From assembly GCA_030390025.1 (NCBI GenBank), contig CM059447.1:16492001-16556000 (forward strand): DNA of 64,000 nucleotides, read 5' to 3'. The notes below the pieces were generated by a model. That model had not been told where the DNA came from and searched no databases. It saw only the letters and a list, made by a program, of their open reading frames with translations. The position numbers and the translations under genes were made by a program. This document shows, one piece after another, positions 1 through 12,900 of this stretch. This stretch comes from Squalus acanthias (taxonomy: Eukaryota). Numbering within the stretch: the first letter of the stretch is position 1; each line of letters starts with the position of its first letter.

Positions 1-117
1 TTTAGAGCATGGCCTTTGCTTCTGAAAGCATTATGAGAAAGACTCTGCAGCAAATTACTAAATTTATAATCCACTCTCAGCCCTTTTTATGATCCTGGAT
101 CCACACCACATTTAAGA

Positions 118-828
118 AAAAACTTGCATTTATCAAGCACTTTTCACATCCTCAGGACTCACAGCCATAGAAGTACTTTGGAATGTAATGCAGGGAAATC
201 TGGAAATAAAAAACTGGCATCAGTAAAAAGCGACCATGAAGCTATCGGATTGTTGTAAAAACCCAACTGGTTCACCAATGTCCTTTAGGGGAAGGAAACC
301 TGCCGTCCTTACTCAGTCAAGCTTATATGTGACTCCAGTCCCACGCCAACATGGTTGACTCTTAACTTCCCTCTCAAGTGGCCGTGCAAGACACTCAGTT
401 GTATCAAACCCCTTCAGGGGAACTAGGGAATAAATGCCGGCCTTGCCAGTGCCACCACATCCCGAGAATGAATAATAATATAAAACACGGCAGATAATTT
501 GTACACAGTAAAGTTCCAACAGCAATGAAATAATTGACCAGATAATCTGTTTTACTAGTGATGTTTGAGGGATAAATGTTGACCAGGACACTGGGTAAAC
601 TCCTCTGCCCTTCAAATAGCGCCATGGATCTTTTTACATCCACCTGAGAGGACAGACAGAGCCTCGGGTTCAATCTCATCTGAAAGATGCAACCTCCAAC
701 AATGTGCACTTTCTCAGTACTGCACTGGAATGTCAGCCTACATTATATGCTGCAGTCTCTGGTGTGGGATTTGAACCCATGATTTTCTGATACAGTGGAA
801 AGGGAGCTACCACTGAGCCAAGGCTGAC
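118..828 (-). mobile_element. tRNA-headed Deu-type SINE with L2-like tail, interrupted by a nested + strand repeat (about 207-483)
   Basis: Reverse of the head GTCAGCCTTGGCTCAGTGGTAGC..GGTTCAAATCCCA plus the central ...TCTTTCAGATGAGA..AACCCGAGG block shared with the other copies. Confidence 0.75.
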
Positions 829-1101
829 ATTTAAGTTATACTTAACAGTATCAAGCCCAAGCGGTGACAAACAGCCTCCATGAGGGGTCCTCACAGTTCT
901 TGGCTTTATTGTGTTATGGTTCTCGAATTACTTTTGCCACTTTCGTATTGATGCCAAAGCAGAAGTGTAACTGCCCTTGAATTTACGGCTCCCTTTTGGC
1001 TGTTAGGCCAAAAAGTTCTTTGTTTTAACTTGTTTCTCAGCATCATAGGGAGGTGTGATATTTCTAATTGGTCTGAAAGGCTCAGTTCATACCATGTTCA
1101 T

Positions 1102-2425
1102 CAACAGGTTCCATCCCACCATCAAACTCACCATGGACTACTCCTCAGAATCGGTTTCATTCTTGGACACACGAATCTCCATCAAAGACGGACGCCTCAG
1201 CACTTCACTCTACCGCAAGCCCACGGACAACCTCACGATGCTCCACTTCTCCAGCTTCCACCCTAACCACGTTAAAGAAGCCATCCCCTATGGACAAGCC
1301 CTGCGAATACACACGATCTGCTCAGACGAGGAGGAACGCGATGGACACCTACGGACACTGAAAGACGCCCTCGTAAGAACGGGATATGACGCTCGACTCG
1401 TCGATCGACAGTTCCGACGGGCCACAGCGAAAAACCGCATAGACCTCCTCAGAAGACGAACACGGGACACAACCAACAGAGTACCCTACGTCGTCCAGTA
1501 CTTCCCCAGAGACGAAAAACTACGCCATGTTCTTCGCAGCCTTCAACATGTCATCAATGACGACGAACACCTTGCTAAGGCCATCCCCACGCCTCCACTA
1601 CTCGCCTTCAAGCAGCCGCCTAACCTCAAAAGTACCATCGTTCGCAGCAGATTACCCATCTTTCAGGAGAACAGCAACCACGACACCACACAACCCTGCC
1701 ACGGCAACCTCTGCAAGACATGCCAAATCATGGACACAGATACCATCATCACACGTGAGGACACTACCCACCAGGTACATGGTACATACTCATGTGACTC
1801 GGCCAACGTTGTCTACCTGATACGTTGCAGTAAAGGATGCTCCAGAGCATGGTACATCGGCGAGACCATGCAGACACTGAGACAACGTATGAACGGACAC
1901 CGTGTAACAATCGCCAGGCAGGAGGGTTGCCTCCCAGTCGGGGAACACTTCAGCAGTCAGGGGCATTCAGCCTCGGATCTGCGGGTAAGCGTTCTCCAAG
2001 GCGGCCTTCGGGATACACGACAGCGCAAAATCATAGAGCAGAAACTGATAGCCAAGTTCCGCACTCATGAGGATGGCCTCAATCGCGATATCGGGTTCAT
2101 GTCACGATACAGAACGTGACTTGACATCATGGCCGGTCTTTCCAGGTTTTGTTTTAAAAAGACTAACACAAATGGAGAGGATATGCAGCCAGCAGGTGTT
2201 TTGACACGTTGGACCCCCTGGGACACATCTCATTGTCTTGGCTGTGCTCTTAGTGTGTCTTTGATGTAGGGAAAGATTTGAATAGATTTTTTCTGTGTTT
2301 ATATTGTGAATTCTGGGAGATTCTCTCACAGCTACCCTACCTGAAGAAGGAGCGAACAGCTCCGAAAGCTTGTAAAATTAAATAAATCTGTTGGACTATA
2401 ACCTGGTTTTGTGCGACTTCTCATT
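1102..2425 (+). mobile_element. Penelope-like retroelement, 5'-truncated: RT C-terminus, Cys-rich linker, GIY-YIG endonuclease and 3' hammerhead-containing repeat
   Basis: Uninterrupted ORF to 2119 with SFLD..YRKPTD (PLE RT thumb), PC...CKTC linker and VVYLIRC...WYIGET..LRQRMNGHR (GIY-YIG); candidate TSD CATGTTCAT at 1093-1101 and 2426-2434. Confidence 0.93.
2336..2376 (+). ncRNA. minimal hammerhead ribozyme motif (Penelope-type)
   Basis: TAC-CTGAAGA-A-GGAGC-GAACA-GCTCC-GAAA-GCTT-GTA: catalytic core, stem II, palindromic loop-less stem III and a 3-bp stem I. Confidence 0.7.
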
Positions 2426-2849
2426 CATGTTCATTTACACAGTGAGCAATCCAGAAAGCACAATCGAATTATTATATTTTATTTAAAACTTGTTTCTGGC
2501 CTAAGGTATATTGACATATTTACATTAAAATCTGAGATTACTTCACACTGGAGGTTCATAGAAATATGTGTACATTAAAGAATTGCAAATTATATTAATT
2601 ACTCCATAAGTGGTTAGCAATATGTGAAGGTGACTGACCTAACTTTTAATAATGAAGTTTTCTTCATTATTCTAGAATTAAACCTCTTCACTCATTCTTT
2701 TTGGTGCCTTTAATTATGGAGTATGGCCTGCTATCTTTAGGGTTTGTTCTCCCCTCTGAAATGCAGCAGCTCGTTTTCACCAAACAGCAATGAATACTAG
2801 TTTCGGACTTTAGAAGTTCAAATTTTCTTGTTTGTCCAATCGCTGCTGT

Positions 2850-3480
2850 TCCTGAATTTTGGGCACCGTTACCTCACTCCTATCAAGGCTGAACCCCTTG
2901 CCTATGCTTTCCTGATGGCCACGCTTGACTTCTCCAAGACTTCCCTCACTGGTCTCCCCAGGCTCTACCATACAGTTAAACTACATAATCTCCAACTTGT
3001 GCAAAATTCTGCCACCAGAATCCTGTCCTATGCTAAGTTTCAATTGCCCATCAACCTCCTCCTTGCCATTCTCCACTGTCTTCCCAACCCCCAACTCATT
3101 ATTTTCAGAATCCTCATCCTCATTCACAAATCCCTCTATGGTCTCACTGCACCTTATGTCTGTAATCTTGTTCAGAACTACATCCCAGGTCACGCCCTCT
3201 GCTGTTCCAACATTAGCCTCCTGTGTATCCTCCCTTCATCTGCTCACCATCGGTGGCAAAACCTTCTACTGTCATGCTCCTACTCTCTGGAACTCTTTCC
3301 TTAAACCCTTTGACCTTGCTACCTCTGCCACCTTCAAAAGCCTCATCACTTTAACCACATCTTTGGTCATCTCCCTAACTAGTCTGCTATTGGTCAACAC
3401 CTATTTCTTCTCTCTGAAAAGCTTGAGACGTTCACTACATTAAAAGTGCTTTATATATGCAATTTGCCATTAGTAGTAGT
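2850..3480 (+). mobile_element. degenerate L2 fragment
   Basis: LQLVQNSATRIL / LHCLP / ILILIHKSLYGL resemble the L2 ORF2 C-terminus; decayed tail near 3445-3480. Confidence 0.7.
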
Positions 3481-3967
3481 GACACAAAACCTGCCCTAGA
3501 AATTGGCCGTGGATCCCATTTAGGGTGACTAGGAAAACCATTACACTGCATCATTATTGTGCTTCATTTTAGTGGCCAGGCTGAGAACCGATTATGGGAC
3601 ATGAACTGACATCCTACTGGGGAGTTCAGTGATAATGTTTCAGCTGAGGACTGCAATGGGATACCACCATTATATAGAGCCCCAAATGAAAGGAGTAGCT
3701 GAGTAACGTTACATGTTTGTGTACTGACACTTTTAGTTGTGGTATAAGCTGTGGACAATGGTATAGACAGTTTATCCCATTTGTAAGATGTTTTATAACT
3801 TGCTCATGACTTTGATCATTTGTAGATTATTAGGTCTTCTGTCTCGTAGAGTAAGTAAACTGTGTGTGCCACAGTTCATCAACAGGTATCCTCCATGTAG
3901 CTGTATTTGTGCATAACTGGTTGCTGTATCTAAGCTCCTTTACTTCTTATTTTCACTTTTTTTCCAG

Positions 3968-6900
3968 CTTCCTATGTTGATGAAAGCAACATCAGATGAT
4001 GAAGTACCATGTCCTGGGTATCTGTTTGAGGAGATTGCCAGTATCCTTACGTGGTGCATACAGGATTTCCTCTGAGTTTAACTGCCCAATGTGCAGTTGG
4101 AGAAATAAAAATGAATCCTAGCAACAAATTATTTTTGGTTCTGGTAAATTGCAAAAGGTAATCAAGTTTTTACACATTGGGGAAACAACAGGAATGGGTC
4201 TGATTTTGAATGGATTCCTTCTAACGTCCTCAAATGTGCCATCACCTCCCAGCTCCAAACCTATCTCTTCCAAAATTATGTATTCAAATCCTTCCAGTCT
4301 GGTTTCTACCCATGCCCTGGCCAACAACATCCTCTGTGACTGTGACCACGATGTATTCTTTATTGTCCTCCTTGATCTTTTTGCAAGATTTGATACAATT
4401 GAACATGCTGTTCCTCTCACCACCTCTCCATCGTCCAGCTCCATGGCACTGATCCTCCATAGTTCCATTCCCACCTATCCAGACACAGCCACTGCATCTC
4501 TGACAATGGCTTGTCTTTCCTTCTCTGTACCATAACCTCTGGAGTCATCAAAGAATTTATCTTTGCCCCCCTTCTCATTTGAATGTTACCCCTTGTTGAC
4601 ATAATCTGCAGGCATGATTTCAGTTTTTATTTATGTTGATATACTGCTCTACACCTGCATCAATTTCCTCAAACCCAAAATCACCTCTGCATTGCCAGAC
4701 TGCTTGTTCCACATCAAGTCTTGGATGAGTCGCAACTTCCTGTTGAGAAGAATGAAGACATTGTTCTTGGACCCTACCACAATCTCTGCCCCGTTGACGC
4801 TAATTCCATCCCGTTCCTTGGCCTCTTGCTCTGGCTGAACAAAGCTATTCAAAGCCTTTTTGTCCTGTTCAACCCTGAGCTGTGGTTCATAACCCACATC
4901 TTCATTACCAAGATCACTTATTTCCATCTCCACAACCTTGCTCATTTCATCCCCTGCCTCAACCCTTCCACCAATGAATCCCTTAATAATGATTGAAATC
5001 CGTATCTATGTTTTTGTCACTTTGAAACCTATTTATTCTAATACTCTCCTTGCTGGCCTTACTAAGCACTATGCTCTGCCCACCCATCACTTTTGTTCTC
5101 ACGGACCTTCACTGGCTCCCTGTCACCAACACATTAAATTTTAAAATCCTTGTTTTGTTTTCAATTCCCTCCATGGCCTTACTCCACCCTACCTCTGAAA
5201 CCTCCTCCAGATTTCCTTACCTTCTCGCACTCTTCAGTCTTCTAACGCTGACCTCTTGTGCATCCTTCCTCCCTTTGCTCCATCATTGATGGCAGCGCTT
5301 TCAGCTGCCTGGGCCCTGCTCTCTGGAACTCCTTCCCTAACCCTACCCTTTACTTTTCCTTTAAAATCTTTTCAAAGCTCGTCTTTTTGCGCAAGCCTTT
5401 AACCACCCCTCTTAAATTACCTCTTCTGGCTTGGTATTTCTGTTCTTCTTACTCCTTTGTAAAGTGCCTTGGAATGTTTTGTATGTTAAAGGTGCCATAC
5501 AACTGTAAGTTGTTGCTGTTATTTACCCAACCCTGTAGTCTAGTATATTGTAAGAATGAGTACCATGATATCATTAAGCTGGAGATATTGGTTTATTGTC
5601 TACCATGAGGAAAAAAAATCATTCTTATATAGTTAGTGTAAGTTTGATGTTAACACTGGCGTCATTTCCATAACTGAGTGGAACTACAGAAATTTCTCAC
5701 GAGTCTGTGGGAACTTTTCAGTGCCTACTGGAGTACCTGCTGGAGCGATTACAGAACAACTCCTGTCATGTCAAACTGAAGGTAGGTGACACTCCTTTTG
5801 ACTTGACATATTCTTTGCCCAGTATAGATCCAGCATGATTGCAAAGTTCTTAGTTCTGTAAAAAGCAGGAAAATAAGTCTGATCATCTATCATCTCCATA
5901 TCAATTAATTTATAAAAAGAAAAGATTACTGGTGACTAGTAATGTAGCACAATCGTATAACAACATCATGTGACATTCAATAGGATGGGGGTGTGGGGTG
6001 CGTATGATGGTCTTCCCCAGAACACTGGAGGAGCATTTGCACACAGAAGGTTGGAAAACTGAGGGTGAATCAAGTGGTGGAGAAAATAACTTACAAGTTG
6101 GGAGGAAATCATTTTAAAATGGACTGATCGTTGTTTGCTTTCTAAGACAGTCAATCATTTTGTTTCACTCTGAAACCTATAACTTGTTTTTTTTTTGTTA
6201 ATTGTATTTTCTACATATCTGGTAAGGAATAATCTATTGAAAGTTCTTTAGGGGTAATTTTAACTTTTGCCGATGGTGTAAAATGGGCAATATCGAATCA
6301 GCCACCCATTATACACACCCCGCCCAATTTTCTTTTCCATTGTCTTCAATGGAAAGGATAACCGTATAAAGGCCGGACGATCCGATATTGCTCATTTTAC
6401 ACCATTGTCAAAAGTTAAAATTACTCCCAAAATTTGTCCTTGGGAATTTCTGGAATGAAGATAATTAATTTAAATAGGCAAGAAGTGTTTGAAACACAAA
6501 TCCTGTCCTGCCCATGCAAGAAGTGTTTGCCACTGTGCAGAGAGTTCCAGACAACACTAAAACACTATGCAATATACCGAAGTCATTTATTTCTTTTGCA
6601 CAAAAGTAGTCTGCAATGAACAGGTTTTAATATCAAAGGCAAATGAAACCTCATTGTAAGTTTTATAAATAACTTGTTACAAGTACTATTTTACAAAGTC
6701 AAGCCTCTGTATCGTGGGGTGATTGATTTCTTCCAATGAAAACTAGCAGCCCAGTTAGAAAGAAGCTATCTCTCCAAGTGCAGTGCTAAGAGTCAGTGAA
6801 TGGGGACACACAAGGCAAGACCCTGCCCAAACCCAAAGCAGCCTAGGGTTAAGTCAGCTTCTGATTACATTCCTTTCTAAGGGGACACCATTGCAATCAT

Positions 6901-9900
6901 TGCTGCAAAAGGAATAATAAAAACCTCAACAAGGTTTAAAAATACTGAACAGAATTATGGCGAGACAGTTTCCCATTTAAAACAAGTTCCATTAACCCAA
7001 AGATTATTTATTTAGAAAAAACCTTCCTCATTTTGTTTTCCCCTTTTAAGACTGCTTCAATCGTTTTTACTGGTAAATTTTTTTTAATAACATTTTGCCT
7101 CTGTTCTGAATGACATTCACAATTTTCTCTGTCAACAGTTTTAGTGAGGGAATGTGTGTAAGTGTTTCTCACGTTTTTAGTCTGTTATTTTTGTATCTAT
7201 AACTGTTCAGTTTTGGTGGCTGTCATTAAACTAGGGGTAGGAACAATTTAGCAAAGTCTTCTGGTTTTAAGCAAAATGATGTTGGATACAGAATGTTACT
7301 AAGTGGTTTTATTGAGTTTACCTCATTTTCTTTGTTTGTCATGATGGGGAGTATCTCTGCTAATAGATATTTTTTGTCTCTTATATAGTGACTGTTTTGG
7401 GAAAAAATCTAGCCTACCCTTCCAAACCACCCATCAGTTTCCTTACCCAAATCCCAGAATTAATAATCCTGTATCTTCTTTCCTAATAGGAATGAATCCA
7501 GTCCATTTAAAAAAAAAACTTGCCTTGGTTTTCTCTTCCATAAAACCCTCGTAACATATTTCACAATTCTATCACCATTTTACTTAAAAAGAAATGTTGC
7601 CTAAATTTCCTATTTTTTTTGACACCCTTAATTTTATACTGTGCCCTCTCATCCTCGAATCCTGTGTCCAATTAAAGAACTTTCTTGGATCCAATTCTCC
7701 TTACCTATGTAAATCTTAAAGACTTCTATCAAGCCCACTCCACCTCTTCTCCAGAGAGTTAATTATCTGTGTAGACAATCTTTCTGCAAGACTCTGCCCT
7801 CTAAGCTCATCCTTGTAGCCCTTCTTCTGAACTCCCTGCAGTAATTCTACTTCTGATCGATAGTATGGAAATCAAAATGGAACACAGTAATCAAGGTGTG
7901 GCCTCACCAAGGCCAGATACAACTTCAACATCACCTCATTAGACTTATATGCGAACACTGAACTAATGGTTCTAACGACCTATCTACGAAAACTCCCATA
8001 TCTCTTTGCTGCTATGTTATCTGAACATATTGCCACTTAATACGTAATCCACATTCTTGTTTCTTCTGCCTGATTTTATTTATCTGTTGATTTTAAATTG
8101 TACAATATGCTCAACTTGTTTGTTCTTAAGCCAACTAATATAAACTTGCTTGTCCCAGGATATTACACTCTTTGGGAAAGTAGACAATGGAGTGAGGAAT
8201 ATTTCATTTATATGCCCTATCTCACCTCTTCTCTTTCCCTCCTGAATAGTATAGAAGGTTATCTTAAATGGATACTTCAATCTAAAAATCTAGTAAATCA
8301 CTTATAACATGACATAATTGCAGCAACTGGGTTTGAGGTTTACAAAAGGTGTAAATTTTAGTTCCATTTTATAATAAAGCACTGCCAATAAAAATAGCAG
8401 ACCTAGTTGAGAATAAAAAAGGGTTATACACATTTTGTGAAACAAAGAAAATATACAGACAATTGCCAATAAAAGCGAAGCTAAATGGGATTCTTGATTT
8501 CCAACAAGCTCTCTGGAATTTCTTTCCTTGGTTACCTGACAAATACAATTGAGGAGCAGCTGGTAAATGAACCAATTGTAAAAGTCTTGCCTTATTTCAA
8601 TCCCTAAACAATGCTATGAAATATAAAGGTTTTTTTTAAAAAAAAGGTCTGTAAGGACTCAAATATAGTGCACCACCTGTCTGAGAAGTGTCATAATTTG
8701 CCTGCTTGCATAAAATTCAGACGGGGTGTTAATCCATGAATATAAAGGTTATATTCTAGCTGGCTTTAGTCAACTTCAGTTACATGGAGAAAAAAAGACA
8801 AAAGGTGCCATTGTGCTGTGTTAGACACTGCACTGGCTTATATTCAGAGTGCAGTAAACCTGTCTGCTCCATCTTTGTGCTCATTGATAGGTTCTCAAGA
8901 TATTACGGCATGTATGTAGTCATGGTTCACCTCAATTTACTCTGGAGCTTCGGAGGAATGCTACCCTTATTCAGGAGGTAACAGGTAGGAATTAAAAATA
9001 AACTGGTAAGCTGTTACAACATAACTCCCATTGTATTGTCTGTAACAAAACAGAGAGCAGTACCTTCAACTTTGGTACGTAAAACAGGTGGTAGCAGATC
9101 GGCCGCCTATTATACAACCCGCCAAATTTTCAAGGAACAGCGGGCAGAGTGTATAATGGGCGGCCAACCTGCTTTCGCCTGTTTCACGCCCCGGCCGAAT
9201 TTGAAAGTTCCGCCCAATATTTCCAATTTAAATTTCTAAAAACTGAATGTAAGCTATGATGATTGCCTATTTTGTACTTATCACCACACATTCATCGCCC
9301 CATGCAGTAAATGCAGAGAAACCTGTAAATAATAACCTTCTCGTTTGGGAGGTCAGTAACGACCAGTACAATTTCCTGTCAGTTATTTTCTCTGGATTAT
9401 TGAAAAGATGATTTTTATTCTCATTGAGGTAACTTGCCTTCCAACAGCCTCTCCTAATAGGAAGGATGGCCCAGGCTGTAAAGTCTTCATACTAGATTGA
9501 TTGGAATTAATTCTGTGGTGGGATAAGATGGACCAAGTTATTTAATTTATTTGACAATTGAAATATTTTGCTATAGTGAACTACTTAGTGACCAGTTGTG
9601 AGGTACATTATTGGACTGGAACGTACTGCCATCTAATTGCGAAGGTAGTCCTGGAACCACTCAATGGCTGGGGCGTCCATTCCATTAAAAATTTTTTAAC
9701 GTGTTAATTATACTAAAGTACAGAGTGAGCTGTGAAATTTCCAGTATCACTGGCTGTTCCTGCCATATGAAAAGCTACACTTTGAGATTTTTCATTCAGT
9801 TCTGCCTCATCTTGACACAAGACTTCATCTATCATTGTCTTCAGAAGACCACCATGACACACAGTACCAGACATTAGTAACCAGTTGTAAATGGAAAAAT

Positions 9901-12900
9901 AATATATTACTATATAGGCAGTAAATTAAAAGTGGGGTATAACTGAAAGATTTAACTCAATCTTGTGAGTTTTTATGTTTGCGCAAACCACGCTAATTTT
10001 GTATCATCAGAACCCCGCAAGCATCTTTCAGTCTTATCGTACAGATCAAGTCAACTCTTTTACCATATGCACTAGCCTACTTTATAAATTAGTCAACGTA
10101 GGCCTCTTTTGTTTAAGTTAAATGCAGTTGTCAGAAAGATCTCTACCAGATCTCTGACACCAAGCTTTGGGAGATGTTTGAGCACAGCCTGGGGTGAAAC
10201 TCTCCTCCCTGTGGGACAGCAGCTGGCCTGAGCTTGGCATCTTCCCAAAGCTCAGATCACGAGCCTGGAGTACGTACAGTGGAGTATGTTGGTACTCAGT
10301 GCACTACGACACTCAGTTGCCACACTTTTGATTCTTTATTACATTAAATAAGATGGATCCAATCAATTTTCTCCTGTTAAAATCTAACTTCCTAGCAGCA
10401 GTTCTGACACAGGCAGTGAAAGCACATGAGGCTGAATAAGACCACTTATCTTTTATGAATCTTACAATGGTGCTCAGTTTGTCAGAACCCTTCTCTTGAC
10501 CAACTACAATTTAATACAGCAAAACCTGTCTGACAGCCACCTTGGGATGTCTGTAGGTGGTATTGGCAGACATTTCTGCCAATATATGAATCACTGATAC
10601 ATTGTTCAGGTTGACAGTTGCAGACAAGTGGCCTTTGATTTAGCAGCTGGGATGCTCCCAGTGCTGAAAGTTGCCAGGTTATTGTGTATCTTTGTGTTCT
10701 ATCACACTTAACTTCTGTTATGTAAAAATTTGAAGAAAAATCAATGTTGCTTTTACATTTGTAAAAGGAGCCTCTCATAATGAACCTAATACAGTTAAAC
10801 TGTGTTATGTGTCATTTATTCAGCTCCCAGGATTTACGACTAAAAAAAATGTGATTTTGCTGCAGTTATTCTAAGAGTGAAATGTACTAAATAAACTATT
10901 TTAAAGTACGTTTATGTCTGAGAAAAATTAGGTCTGTGAGATTATGTTTTAATAGGTGCAAAACTGTTCAGCGATTGTTTAGCTCTTAGTGCTGATGAGC
11001 AGAGTACCTGATATGCTATGCAAATGTCTGCTGAAAAATCAAACCTTTTCCAACTATCCAATTAAAATGATTAACTGCAATTAGAAGTGGAAAAGGGGGG
11101 TCAAGGAAAGTTTTTTTTTTCCACAGGCAAAAGTTGTAACTTCACAGAAAATGAAATATTTCCAGATTTCAGCAGTCAAATTAATTTAATGTCCAGCTGA
11201 GTGAAGATATTCCACAGAAATCACCATCAAGGCTTCCTTTAGCATTGCTAAAAATGCAAAGAAGATTCAGATTTATCTTGTGTCTTCAGAGATGCCTCAG
11301 GGAGTGGCACATTCCCACTCCATGAAATTTTGGTGTCCTTGCTTTAGCGTTATACTGATTTTGTAATTTGTGCAATAGAACACAGATTACACCATGAAAC
11401 ATGCCTGTCTTCATTTCACAGCTTTGATAAATTAGATCTTTGAATAACAATGATTTGTGCATGAGGTCATAATTACATCAGTTGTGACTGCTTCATTGTG
11501 GTACAAAGCAGCTCAACTATATTGCCAGATTAAACAAGGACCCCAAAATGTCTTGTAAAAATACATGTAAAAAGACATTTATATCGTCATCACATTAGGG
11601 CTTGCAGCAACCAATAGTGCTTTGACTGTCAAAGGACGCCAGGAGAATTATGTAGCATAAGAGGAGAATGTGGAAGGATTTTAAAAAAGGTAAATCCATT
11701 GCGATTAGTTAGAGAGGAACCTTGGGAGGATACAGAGAGTACAGCCTAGAAAGGGGGATTTTAAACACGTCATTATCAAAAGACAAGCTGAAGAGAAGAA
11801 TAGGCAAGCAAAACTATATTTAAAAAAAGCTGAAATCAGTAGATGTGAACCTTGAAGATAAACTCGTAGGTAATAGATTAGACAAAGGAAAGAAAAGTCA
11901 TGTAAAGAACTGGAATAATGTAGAGAGGTTTAAGGTCTAAAATTCCATTGTTGTATACTAGTACCTGACTGCTTAACAAGTTGCCTGAAATTCCTCTCTC
12001 CACTACTCCGGAGGAGGCATTAACCCATTTATTTCAGATTAACTCCACTGCTAAACTGGCAGATTAAAAAAATTCTAGACAGATGCTTCAAGTGTTAGCA
12101 CACTATTATCCCACAGTGTAATTTCAAAGCCTTAGTGAATACGAATGAAGGATTAAAGAAAGTACTGAGTAAAATTAGCCAACAGATTGGTATTGGGTAA
12201 AACTAAAGCAATTATCCAACAGATAGGTATTGGGTTAAACTAAAGCATAGGACAAGACAGCTAAATGCCAGGAGTAATGATAATCAAAATCTTACTCGGA
12301 TAATTTTTTGCAACACACAAAGGCGTTAAACAAAATAAACTTTCAGAAGAGAATCAAAATAATGGAAAGGTCAAAAAAGATATTTAGCTTTGAGAAATGA
12401 AGAAGGAAAACCTCAATAAGTGGGAAACCCCGCCTATATTACAGTACATTGATATCTTAACAAAAAATAGAAAAGTCAGAAAGGAAAGTGTGACAATGTG
12501 TCTATTTATTGTTTTTTTTCTTCTTCCATATGGCTGTCAGAGAATATTTGAGTAAGAATTCCAATTAAAAACTTTCAATAAGGATTACTTATTCTGTTAC
12601 TAATAGAAACTTTCCTTCTATTCTTAACATTGTGAAAGATATTCTGCCACTGTATTGAAACTTTACCTTTACAGTCAGATCTTACTAAAGAGATAGTCTC
12701 AGAATAGCCTCCTGCATTTGTTTTAAGTGATGATTTGAGTATCTTGGTGCTCAAGCTTATTTCAGGCTTTCATTTTACAACCCTGCACAGCAATACCCTT
12801 TTCCTCATCTGGTTGTGTTCATTGTAGGTTTTTTCATATATCTAAAATTAGTTCTTTATTAAATATCATGCTAATTTATGTGTCTAATTTTTTAATTGTG

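Noticed and set aside
12179-12247. 37-bp period tandem duplication (also a 16-bp one near 35678-35710)
   Set aside because: Two-copy local slippage duplications with no sign of function.
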